A stretch of 41,988 bases of DNA, from NCBI GenBank assembly GCA_002256025.1, contig NKIB01014626.1, positions 1 to 41,988 on the forward strand, read 5' to 3'. Position 1 is the first letter of the stretch; each line of letters begins with the position of its first letter. The notes beneath the pieces were generated by a model. It worked only from the letters and a program-made list of their open reading frames with translations, was not told where the DNA came from and searched no databases. Made by a program: the position numbers and the translations under genes. Below, in pieces: positions 1 through 10,417 of the stretch. The stretch is from Asterionella formosa (lineage: Eukaryota).

Positions 1-110
1 ACTATATTACATCAATGGCAACAAGAAGAACGGCTCAGGAAGAAGCCAACTACTTTGCAATTCGAACCCTGCTGAGATATTGTTTTGGCTCGATTCCATC
101 GGCGGAATAT

Positions 111-1503
111 CTACCGGGTAGTGGAAAATGAGCTCCGACGCAATTCACGACTGCTCATGTTCAAGTCGGTAGAGTCAGATCCATTAGGGTTCATTGACAG
201 ATCAGCCTTTGAGAAATCGAAAATCATCGATTCATATCTGGATGAAAATGAGTGACTAAGGCGGATTCCAGGGTTGCTTCCAGACTCTTTGAGTGCTTTG
301 ACTTCGACAAGCAAGTTCTCCAGAATATCATCGATGCTTTCGAAAGTGGGGCGGTTAGAAGGATTCGGATCCCAACACCTAGTAAGTAGGTCTTTCAGTA
401 ATTTTGAGGAGAAGCTTTTCAAACATGGGCGCGAATTTGTGTCAACCACTTTCGTTCGCAGCGCTTCGAAGCAAATGCCCTTTCCAAAAGGCTTTTTCAG
501 TGCACATATCTCCCAAAGAAGGATACCAAATGAGTAGACATCCGAAAAAAATGTTATGTCTTCATTCTTGAATCGTTCAGGAGCCATGTATCTATAAGTA
601 TAAAAGGGAGATGCTGGTGAGTGGACGAATCTTGTTCTGCGAATGCATTTCAAGACTGACAGAAGAATCAAAGACTTACCGTGGCGTCCCCATGACGATC
701 CCTGCCTCTTCGCAGACGATGGAAGAGCTGACTTGCTTTGCAAAACCGAAATCAAATATCTTGACAGTTCCATCGGCTAAGAAACCAATGTTTCCTGGTT
801 TCAGGTCCAAATGGACAATCCCGCGTCGGTGAAGGTAAATCATGCCTTGGATTATTCCTTTCATACAGAGTTTCAGTCGCTCATAAAGGTGCTCGCTCTT
901 TGTTCTTGTATCAATTCTAATCTTCATGAGGAGATTTCTGTCATTTCCTCGGCAGTGAGCAAGGTATTTATCAAGCGTTTGATCAAGCGCCTCCAAAATC
1001 AAAAATGGAGACTGTTGCACATTGACACAATCTTGTACTTGTGGCTTGTTATGAGACTTTAGGAAACAACCTGATAATCCACAAAGGGTGATGATGTTCG
1101 TGTGTGACAGAGAGGAAAGTACATTTACCTCGTTGACGAGGTCGATCATTCCAATGTTGTCACGACTACACAAAATGTTGTCATTTACGCTTTTCTGTTG
1201 TTTACCTCGACTGACAAGAGACTTCATTGCGTATGTTGTGTCAGGAGAACCCAATGGACCATCAAGTACCCTGACGCAATCGACTGAAGCGAATGCACCC
1301 CGCCCTAGATTACCTAGAATTTTAATGCTTTCCAAAGGAACATACACCACACCCAAAGAATCTTCTTGAGATTCAGATTTGTATTCCGGAAAAACGTCGT
1401 CTAAGCGAAGGGATTCGTCGCTGTCCAATCCTCTTTTCGGAATATCATGTTCAGAACTGATCCATGTGATTGCTTCGATCGAGCGGACAGAATTTGGTTG
1501 CAT
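111..1503 (-). CDS. Ser/Thr protein kinase, TKL-like, two exons (1503-680 and 591-111)
   Basis: Kinase motifs LGRGAFASV, YAMK, HLDLKPGN, DFG, SDVYSFGILLWE and RPTF are split over two ORFs. An 88-bp GTAAGT...TATAG intron at 679-592 joins them to give GTPR-YMAPE in frame. Confidence 0.93.
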
Positions 1504-1844
1504 CTTCGTTTTAGTCTATAATGCTTCTTGCCCTTGAATCAACGTTTTCGTATTTTCGCACACACAATGAGGTTCAAGGTAACAAAGTGTGAAAATTAAG
1601 TAATTTACACGATATTGGAACCAGGTGCAATGCAGTCCTGCTACGTACAGCTGCTGTACATTGCCGGGACCTTCGTCTTATTCCAGGCCCAACTTGAATG
1701 AATGTCCGAGGTGATGGGGGTCATCATGGTATTTTGCTGATTCCAGGTACCAGGTACTGGTACCGCCAGGTACTCTTATCTTTCGATAAATGTTTTCAGG
1801 TTACCAGTTTCTGCCGGTACTTGAATTTCCTGGGTTGGAACGTG

Positions 1845-2397
1845 AAGGGGTCATCATGATATTTTACATGCATGTTCCGTAAGTAGGTGTCACAATTGCG
1901 AGCTCAAGGTGCGTTCCCTATCGCTCTTGCTTGCTTCAGGCAATTTATTTCGTGAATGATATTTCATGGAAGAACACCCCTCCGGATTTTATTATGTGGG
2001 TGACGCACTTTGAACAAAAGACTTAACATACCCGGTAACAAGTTTTTACACTTACATGTCGACCGATTACCGTACCAGTAGTGAAGCAGCAGAATAAGGA
2101 GTCCATGCCTCCTAAGTATTCCAAACTATTCGGAGTTTAGCGACATATCGTGGTCAACGGGAGGGGATTGAACTCCTGTAAGTTAACGGGACATGAACCC
2201 TTTTAAATAAAATAATGCAACTGCCGGAAGCAAAAGCGATAGGAAATGCCTCTGGCGCGGTCAAATCCCCCACATTCAAGTTCCAACAGGATACACGTAC
2301 CGGTAAGCGAATGTCGAAAGAAATCGGGTCATTTTGATGCCTAATTTGCAGTAGGTGTCACATTTGAGAGCTCCAGATGCATTCCCAATAGCTCTTG
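1845..2397 (+). repeat. Degenerate dispersed direct repeat: about 1883-1930 vs 2351-2397, plus GGGGTCATCATG at about 1717 and 1847
   Basis: gtaggtgtcacaattgcgagctcaaggtgcgttccctatcgctcttg aligns by eye with gtaggtgtcacatttgagagctccagatgcattcccaatagctcttg. Confidence 0.7.
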
Positions 2398-2480
2398 ATG
2401 AACGCAAGACATGCCCGAGGTGGTCTCTTGCCTGAGAGTACCTGGTACACATAACTCTATACGAGAGAAGGCAAGAAGTG

Positions 2481-2645
2481 TGGAAAAAGGTGAGAAGCTA
2501 TCTTATGTAGGAGATTCTCCTACATTTTGGGAGAGATTCTCCCCTTTTTTCCATGCTGGCTTTTGTTCCCCTCTAGCTTTTAACATGTATATTTTCTGCG
2601 GCGCCATCAACAGAGGCTTTTTGGGGAGACTTTTCTCCCTAAAAA
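2481..2645. repeat. Cluster of GGAGA-n-TCTCC inverted repeats
   Basis: ATGTAGGAGA/T/TCTCCTACAT (2505-2525, perfect 10-bp stem); GGGAGA/GAT/TCTCCC (2529-2543); TTTTTGGGGAGA/CTTT/TCTCCCTAAAAA (2618-2645). An outer pair TGGAAAAAGG (2481-2490) and CCTTTTTTCCA (2543-2553) encloses the first two. Confidence 0.8.
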
Positions 2646-2831
2646 CATGTATAAACAGCTTTCAATTTTGTACTGTCGTAGGATTCACGTTGACAGTTCA
2701 TGCATGATATTACATTGACAGTTCATGCATAATAACTACTGCTAATATCTATAGTAGGGGTTCCGACTCAATTATGAACATCAATTGAGAACAACAACAA
2801 TCAAAAATATACCTATAGAAGTGACCCACTG

Positions 2832-5560
2832 TTGCCACATCAAAATATCATCTCAGACAATGAAAAAATAGTTTGTGCTTCTCAAGATAGATGCATGGTG
2901 AAGAATCTACCAAGGTCAATTGCACATAACTGCCCTGGATGTGAAAATAGCATTCATGCTCTTTGCGGTCATGTTTGCATGAAGAAGCAGATGTTCAGTT
3001 CAAAACAACATGCTTCCATTGCTATGAAAAGTTTGGTTGCGCCCTGATAGATCCAGATGATGCAAATGCATTGCCAAAACTTCAACAAGATGAAGAGAGG
3101 AGACATGATTCCAATCAAGGACAAGTGTACTAGGACATAGTAGTACTTGTGCAGCATGCAAATATCATGGATAGCATTTTAGCACAAGAGATTGATGAAC
3201 AAGGCAGCACTATTAGAGGACATGATACTCAAAAAGCGAAGAAGGAAGAAAATAAAATGAAGCCATTATATCTCATGAATTTAGCAAACATCAAAGGGAA
3301 CACAAGAGCAAATGAAAAGTGAGCCGGCATCAGTCTGAACATGAAGTCTTTCTGTTATATATATAAACATGAGGTTCAGCAACTAAGACTGGAGATGCTA
3401 CCACAGATCAGTCATATCACTGCTGATATTGACAACATTCCCATTCATATAAAGAAAGCACAATCAGTGATATGCAGTTTTCTTGAAAGGGAAAGTCTCT
3501 TCATGATTGCATCAAATTGAATTTGAGGACTTGAAGCCTATTACTGACTTCACAGCATTTCTTGGCACCCTCAATAATCCAGTGACAGGCTGTCTACTTA
3601 CTCAGAAAATGAATAAAAACAAGAAGACATCACTTAACAACCTGTTTAAGAAGCATAAGATGAAGGCTCCAGATGACTTTAATGATGAGGTGAAAGATCT
3701 CATTGCCGGCATCAAATAAATTGCAAGTAATGCAAAACAAGGTGGGATGACCAGTCTTGAGGAGGGAAACTTGAATTGACAATCGACCTGTACCGAAAAA
3801 TAAACATATGATTTATTGAAGATGACTATCCATCAGCTGTTTTTGCATGTGCTTTTTAAGTCTAGCTTGGAATTTGATGTGCCGTGTTGATAGTACTGAT
3901 GGTTTGGAGTAAAGATGCTGTATAGATTCGATTTCCTCACACACCAAATGATCAAGATGGCTCTAAGAATTTCAAGCCCTCACACTGCTACACCAACCCT
4001 GAAGATTTTGTATTGTGCCCAATAACTGCATTTTTTTAGTACATAGCTAACGTTCTTCCCGGAAATTCTACAAGACAGCCAGATGGTCTATTATTTCCTG
4101 GTGTAGGGCAGGAGGATCGATTCAGAAAAGTTATCAAGAGGTTGCTACATGGACATGAAGGTGATCTATATTGATATGAGGTGGAGTATATTGGTACTCA
4201 CAACATCAGGAAGGGTGTAACAACATATGCATCAAGTGGCTTGCTCTACAGTAATTCCATCAAGTGTAGAAACAGCAATCGAGGTGGTTGGACATTAGTC
4301 GCTGTGCGAGATGTCTACATTCTTTATGAAACGGCAGGTGACCAATATGATGGTCGAATATTGGCTGTATTGCCAGTGCTATCTGCTCATTTTGCGGTTT
4401 CAGAACCAAATTTTTGGATTTGAAACCCCAATGATGCAAATGCACAAGTAAATCAAACAGACCTTGATGGATATTCTGGCTTTACTTTCCCTGTTTGGTG
4501 ATGTGATTCACCGGCAAGTTTTCGTTTTGCGGTTTCAGAACCAACCTTTTGGATTCGAAACCCAATGATGCAAATACACAAGTAAAGCAAACAGAACTTG
4601 ATTGACAAGTCATTCTGGCTTCACGTTCCCTTTTTGGTGATGTGATTCACCAGCAAGTTTTGGTGCTTCCATTTCTTTGTGTTGGACTAGCATGTATCCT
4701 GCTTCACAGAAAACATCAACAACTTTGTAATGACAAGTTGGCAGGTAGTAAGACTGCTATCTACACATCAAGGCAGTTTTTTGCACTTGATGAACATATT
4801 TTTGTTCGATATCTTTCATGCAAGGAAGAATAATCATTTGCTGTGAAGCTGACAGGTAAAACTCCTCATGTTGCCCATCTTACAGCCACCAGGAGTATGA
4901 GATGAGAACTCCAGAGTTTTGGAACATCACTGCTAATGGACATTTGGAGTAGTATTTTCGGAATCTCGAATGGATGAATTAATTCAGAAGGTTTTTGGGT
5001 CAAGTCTAGGGGGGATCAAGGACCAGTTTAATGGAATGACAAATGAAATTATGATAAACAATGAATAAAATGGTTCTGACAAGTTGATACATGCATCCAG
5101 GTATTCTTCGTTTGAGAAAGAATTGTTCTTGAATCCACACGATGAAATTTTACGGCATGTTCTGATTGTTTGGCAGTTCCCATTGTGCACAGTCGCATTT
5201 TCGAGATCAAGTGAAAAAGATAGGCCCACTAAAATACTCGGACAATCTGGCTGCATGTGTCTTTTGCAACCATAAGTGATATCAATAAGGTTATTTGGTG
5301 TGAATGTAAAAGAGGAATGCAGTATCTAGACGAATTAGAAATTTTGATGAAGAGGTTGGATGGAACTGCAAAGAGCCGTGGCTTCCTTCAACTGCCTTTG
5401 GCTTGAGAGAAGGTACTGATTGCATTGGAACAATACAAAGACTGCCTTGGAATCTCGCTATGGATGCCAAAGGGTAGAATCAGGCGGAGTCCTGGGATTT
5501 AATGGTCCACTGTCTTTAAACAACTGATGCCAAACAATTTATCATTTTCGGCAACCAAAG
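2832..5560 (+). mobile_element. Decayed Crypton-like (stramenopile CryptonS-type) tyrosine-recombinase transposon, pseudogenised; boundaries approximate
   Basis: Frameshifted and stop-broken fragments read LAWNLMCR, HCYTNP..CPI, GTHNIRKGV, RGGW..VRDVY..AGDQYDGRILA. These match the R...HxxR...W...Y tyrosine-recombinase pattern of oomycete/diatom Cryptons. An N-terminal Cys/His cluster (HNCPGCENSIHALCGH) is present. Confidence 0.8.
4390..4661 (+). repeat. Diverged tandem duplication of about 135 bp inside the Crypton relic (4390-4522 and 4525-4661)
   Basis: Both copies run ttttgcggtttcagaaccaa...aatgatgcaaat.cacaagtaaa...tttggtgatgtgattcacc.gcaagtttt. Confidence 0.9.
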
Positions 5561-6243
5561 AGGTTTAGCTTACCGAAATTGGTTTTTATAAGTAAATATA
5601 ACTAAATATACAGGTAGTCTATCAAAAAAGGATAATTCATGATCTATTACAATTTAATCAAATTCAGAAAATGCTGGTTCCTAGATTCAATATAAACATG
5701 ATAAAATGTAGGAAATAATGATTTTGAAACCAACTGCATCTAAGATGCCATTTACATCACTTTTTCGAATTTATTCCTAAAGAGACGTATTTATGCTATT
5801 TTTCTAAAATATTATGTTTTTTATATTATGTTACTTCTCTAGAATATTATGTTACTTTTTCGTTAATTTATTCGGGTTAATCGAAAATGTATTTCACTTC
5901 TCGAAAATTTATGTGATCACACCAATAATTATGTGTGTTTGCGACAATATATGTTGACCAGCTAGCCATTGCGACAGGATCAAAGCGAAATTATGCTTCT
6001 CAGCGGCAATTATATGCTGCTTTCACCATTTTTTAAAAGATAGAGTCGTCAATTCCGATTCACTAATTATGTTTTTGCTTCGACATATTTCCTCGATCTA
6101 AACTGGCATTTTTTGCACATACAAGAGGAAGATTCACACAGTAGAATTCAGCACACGTAGTAGTAGACACATTATAGCACATTGAATAGTCATTGTTGAT
6201 AGTATAATTTACAATAGCCAGCAAGATTAGAAATAAAGCATCG

Positions 6244-7400
6244 TTGAGCCTTGCATGGCGACATAATGAGTCGAAATTGAGATTTGACGCAATGGCCTTC
6301 TCCTTTTCGGATCGGCTAGATTACGTCTACATTGATAACTGTAGAAAGAACGATTTGGTAGTAGAAGCAAGGGTTAAGGAGCTGATGACCATCAAATTCA
6401 TTGAATTCATGATCTACTTTTTTTGCACTTTTTCGCACTTATTCTGAAACCAATCAACACACCCCAAAACTATTTGCTGACATCTGATTTGACCAATACA
6501 AATCCGTTCTAGCCACATCGACACATGAAAGATAGGAATTTATCTTGTTTACAAGGCAACAAAGAATCCTTTTCAATTTAGTTGCTGGATACAATTTAGT
6601 AGAGAATCTTAGCTTTGAGTTTTGGTAAATCCCAGCTAATGTACAAGTATCTATCATCATGGGGGAATGGCGTAGTGGTTAGCAAACCCACTGTGGTGGC
6701 GGGTTTGATTCCTGCATTCTCCACATGTCTTTTTCATGTAGTCCGTAGGGTTCCAGGGGGTGGCTGAAGAAAAGACAGGCCCCATTGTACTGTACCAATG
6801 AACAAAACCTGTATTACTTGTTTTGTGGGCACAAGTGTGATTATTGGATAGCTATTATGTAATTTAAATTTAATTTCAAATTTTTACTATCTTTCATCAT
6901 GACATACTAGCACATCCTATGGTAAATTGAAAATGAGAAGTGCCACAATGGCCATCTTCTTCTCAGACCAGCTATATAACATCTAAATTGATATCTTTAG
7001 CAAAAACAACCTGATGAAAGAAGAAAAGTATGAGAAGCCTTGTTTGATAACAATTATTGAACACATCAAGGAGGAGTTTTTAATTTTCCAACATTCTGCA
7101 GTCCACAAGCACCGCAAATTTTACACATCCTGATGCCTCCTTTGATCAAAATATGTTCTTTCTGAGCATATTGACATTCGACATGAAGGCATTGATCAAT
7201 TGTACTTTGAATACTATGCTAGATAGAAATCAGCCTTAAATTGGTGGAGAAAGATGGATTGGAAGTTTGGTTGGTACAGCACTGATGATCATTGCACAGC
7301 AAGCACGAAAATTTTTACACATCCTGATGACCAATTTGATCAATATACTTTTTTTGTTGTGCAATTGACTCTAATTACTCACCTTGCTACTACATTCCTG
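6244..7400 (+). pseudogene. Decayed, internally repeated coding relic of unknown family, interrupted by the SINE-like insertion
   Basis: AMAFSFSDRLDYVYIDNCRKNDL (about 6290) resembles TMAIFFSDQLYNI*IDIFSKNNL (about 6945). HPDASFDQ (about 7127) resembles HPDDQFDQ (about 7320). Stops and frameshifts occur throughout. Confidence 0.4.
6662..6887 (+). mobile_element. Full-length tRNA-derived SINE-like element with a tRNA-Ala-like head (6662-6723)
   Basis: Acceptor stem GGGGAAT/ATTCTCC+A with a G3:U70 pair; A box TGGCGTAGTGG (6668-6678); B-box-like GGTTTGATTCC (6702-6712); T stem GCGGG/CCTGC; anticodon arm shortened; AT-rich tail. Flanking direct repeats are TATCTATCATCATG (6648-6661) and TATCTTTCATCATG (6888-6901). 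Two further copies of the body occur in the window. Confidence 0.8.
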
Positions 7401-7528
7401 GACCTTCTTTCAGTGCAATTCAGTCACCATAGTTTACATTGGGGGTCTAGGACACTGAAGTATATGGCAGACATGGACAAGTTTGTGACCTGTAATAATT
7501 TATATATAATGCATATTTCTTTTGAGAT

Positions 7529-9583
7529 TCAAACACCTGAAACTTTAAAAGATGAAAGGGTATTATCCTGAAGAGAACGCAAAAAGCATTCAAGTGTCAA
7601 GTTTTCCATTTTTTTATTTTGGAGGTAGTAGTGTGCTCTTTTTAATTGCTTCATCAGAACAGCTGGGTCTTGATTGATTTCATGTTCAAGATCTGCTTTG
7701 TTGTCAAAGAACATGGGATAGTCTTCACCAAGATACTCAATTGTTGATGGCAGTCTTTTCACGTATGCAGGAATAGTTAGAGCCATTATTTCCAGTATTG
7801 CATTATTTGCTGTGGCCCCCCAAAGGTCTAAAATGACAATGTTGTGCTTTAGCAAATTATCATAATCTGTAAAGTTCGAAGTGTAAAGTATCTTCACAGA
7901 GGGATCTTGTTTTGTTGAATTATCTTTTTTCAACTCAAAATGTAGTTTTCTTCTCATCTTCTTTAACTCAACAGTGCCTTTCGGTGTCCCTGGTAGCCAA
8001 AACTTCTGTCGGGTGGTCTTTAAACTGTGTATTGTGGCTAATCGCCTATACTGTTGTCCGAGCAAGATAACTCCTGAGCTTGATGATTCAATCAAAATGT
8101 CAAGATCTTGCAAAGTGAATTTTTCAGCATTGCTTTCCACTGTAATTGGATGTCGAACTGTGTAAACCGCAACTTTCTCAAACCCAATAGAATTCAGATT
8201 TTTTGTCAAGGATGTTCGGACATCATCAGACAGAACAAACAAAGCGAGGCAGTGCTCAAGACTTGCCAGAAAGTTACTGTTTCTTAATGTACTCTCTAGA
8301 CGTAATGATGTACGAATGTGTACGGGGAGATTCAAAGCGAGATGCATGATACCAACCCATGGCATTCTTATTGTCTCTTTCTTGTCCCATTCAAAATATT
8401 TCTCTGTAAAATCTAGAAAAAAAATGTCGGTCAGGTTACTGCCTTTTCGATCAATATCGATCTTTTCAGAATTCGAAACCACAAGATTGAAATCAATCAA
8501 ATACTGTATTACGCGTCCCCATCCACCTCGATGTGTCACCGTTTTAAAATAACTGTCATCTGCCAAATGAAATTTCATGGCGTTACTTTCCTTTAGCGTC
8601 TTGACAAAATTAGGATTCCAAAAGTCACAGAGCATATAGTTCTTGGGACGGTTAGCGGTGACTTCAACAAGAAATGCACGTGCTTCGTCTTCATTAGTGG
8701 CTGTGGTCGAGTCGATAATAAACTTCCAGGGCTGTGATGACGCTGGGGTTTCATTATATGACCGAGCGCAATCACCACCATTTTCACACTGCCCATCATG
8801 AAATGCCTCAAACTCGTCAATAACACCAACAGTTACATTGCACTTTCCTGAAAGAACAAGATCGTAACCCCAACCTAGTCTGTTGTCTTCTGTTATCAAG
8901 CTTAGCCAGCAAAGCCAAGTGGGTATTGTGAAAACGGAAAACAGAATCTCGGAATAATCAGATCGATGACTACTGCAGACACTTCGACTTTGCATTACAG
9001 GATAGTGCCACTGAGGAAAGGAAGCGGAGGCCATACCATATCCGGAAATGCGCATCAGATTCAAAAATTTGGTTAAGTGAACGTTTCTGACATCAATATC
9101 ATCAATTAAAATTGCAACGTGTGTCAAACGACCAAAGTTTATTTTGGGGTGATCACTGGTTATTAATTTCATATGATCAGTCCACATTCCAGAATTATAC
9201 TGGACATGGCAAAATTGGAGTTCTTCTTTAAACTGCTTCATCGCCGAAGCATTCCAAACAATAACCAAGCAATCGGCAGAAGAAGTTTGCCGAAGCTGTA
9301 GGAGTGAAGCTTTCAGGTTCGTGAGTCTGCTCGTGTCACCGATACCGGGAACGACTACCAGCACGGAGGAATCAAGCGTGGTAACGTCATTACTTTGCAG
9401 TTTCAAATGATTTAGTGGTTCAAAAAAAAAGGTTTTACTTTCGTCCTCTGAGGAAAATTCAATGTTGATTAAGAAAAGCTGACCGAGCAAAATGACAAGC
9501 GCGAAACAAGAAAAAAAGTGCTGCCACTTTCTCAAATTTCTGAAGCGTCTCCGAATCAGCTTTAACCTAGTTTCTCGACTCAT
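7529..9583 (-). CDS. 684-aa type II membrane protein, putative two-domain glycosyltransferase
   Basis: Intronless ORF with a basic N-tail and one hydrophobic helix. The N-terminal GT-A/DUF707-like region has ILIDDIDV and GWGYDL. The C-terminal region has HRGGW, PWVGIMH and ANNAILE..LPSTIEYLGEDYPMFF (GT-B-like). Confidence 0.75.
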   Translation of the reverse strand: MSRETRLKLIRRRFRNLRKWQHFFSCFALVILLGQLFLINIEFSSEDESKTFFFEPLNHLKLQSNDVTTLDSSVLVVVPGIGDTSRLTNLKASLLQLRQTSSADCLVIVWNASAMKQFKEELQFCHVQYNSGMWTDHMKLITSDHPKINFGRLTHVAILIDDIDVRNVHLTKFLNLMRISGYGMASASFPQWHYPVMQSRSVCSSHRSDYSEILFSVFTIPTWLCWLSLITEDNRLGWGYDLVLSGKCNVTVGVIDEFEAFHDGQCENGGDCARSYNETPASSQPWKFIIDSTTATNEDEARAFLVEVTANRPKNYMLCDFWNPNFVKTLKESNAMKFHLADDSYFKTVTHRGGWGRVIQYLIDFNLVVSNSEKIDIDRKGSNLTDIFFLDFTEKYFEWDKKETIRMPWVGIMHLALNLPVHIRTSLRLESTLRNSNFLASLEHCLALFVLSDDVRTSLTKNLNSIGFEKVAVYTVRHPITVESNAEKFTLQDLDILIESSSSGVILLGQQYRRLATIHSLKTTRQKFWLPGTPKGTVELKKMRRKLHFELKKDNSTKQDPSVKILYTSNFTDYDNLLKHNIVILDLWGATANNAILEIMALTIPAYVKRLPSTIEYLGEDYPMFFDNKADLEHEINQDPAVLMKQLKRAHYYLQNKKMENLTLECFLRSLQDNTLSSFKVSGV

Positions 9584-10417
9584 TCATGAATGTTTATGAA
9601 AGTTTAGAGTCCATCCAAAACATGATGGATTGGATGATTAGGACGGTGCTAACCGTGGACCAAAACCAACACCAGACCGACGAATGAGCGATGCTAACGG
9701 TTTTTGGGGAAACCTAAACATTGTCAGCCAATAAATAGACTGTGACGTAGCACAACAAAAATATAATATTGTATGTATACAATAAAAATACAAAATATTT
9801 TTTTAGACTACTTTTACAATATATAATACCGGTAGTATGATTCCTATTTGGGAATTAGCTACCGGTACCGGTAATTGGTTTTCAGCGCAATTTGAGGATG
9901 CAGTGGTGATTATCTGGCTTTGTATATTGTTAAAGTGAGCTCATCTACCGTACTACGTCGTTATGACTCTCAGTCAAATGAGTCAAATGATTCGAATGAG
10001 TCAACTTTGATGTACCATGCTCTCATCAACCATATGTTCAACATTGTTACTCCGGCTATAATGAGCTGGATGATATAAGCTATTTTGGAAGACCGATGGT
10101 TTGAAATGAATGATCAATGGTTATAAACCTATGATCAGTAAGTGCAAGATAGACATGGGTCTATCTATGATTGTATGTTTCTAGAAATGCAAACAGCATT
10201 TGAGAATAGTTCGTTTGTTTATTCAAACCGAACAACCTAAACTAGTAGTTAAGTAAACTCACAATAAGAATATAGAAACGAAAGAGAAACGAACATCTCT
10301 ATCTTTAGTCTTCTTTGTCTAACGATATAGATCTGTCCAATAAAGGTAATACTTTAACAGTACATCACATGGAGCACTTGTCGTTACAGATAGGATTCGG
10401 ATGCCAGGGCAATAGCA

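Noticed and set aside
5740..6090. CRISPR-like or regular tandem array
   Set aside because: The short TTATGT words have irregular spacing and no constant repeat-spacer structure, and the context is eukaryotic with no cas genes.
6662..6723. Functional tRNA gene
   Set aside because: It is only about 62 nt, with no proper anticodon stem-loop, a weak D stem and TTTGA instead of TTCGA in the T loop. It is better explained as a SINE head.
10010..10417. Solo LTR truncating the first Plavaka transposase (ends in ...AATAGCA)
   Set aside because: I could not find a matching left boundary or 5-bp TSD, so it is unsupported.
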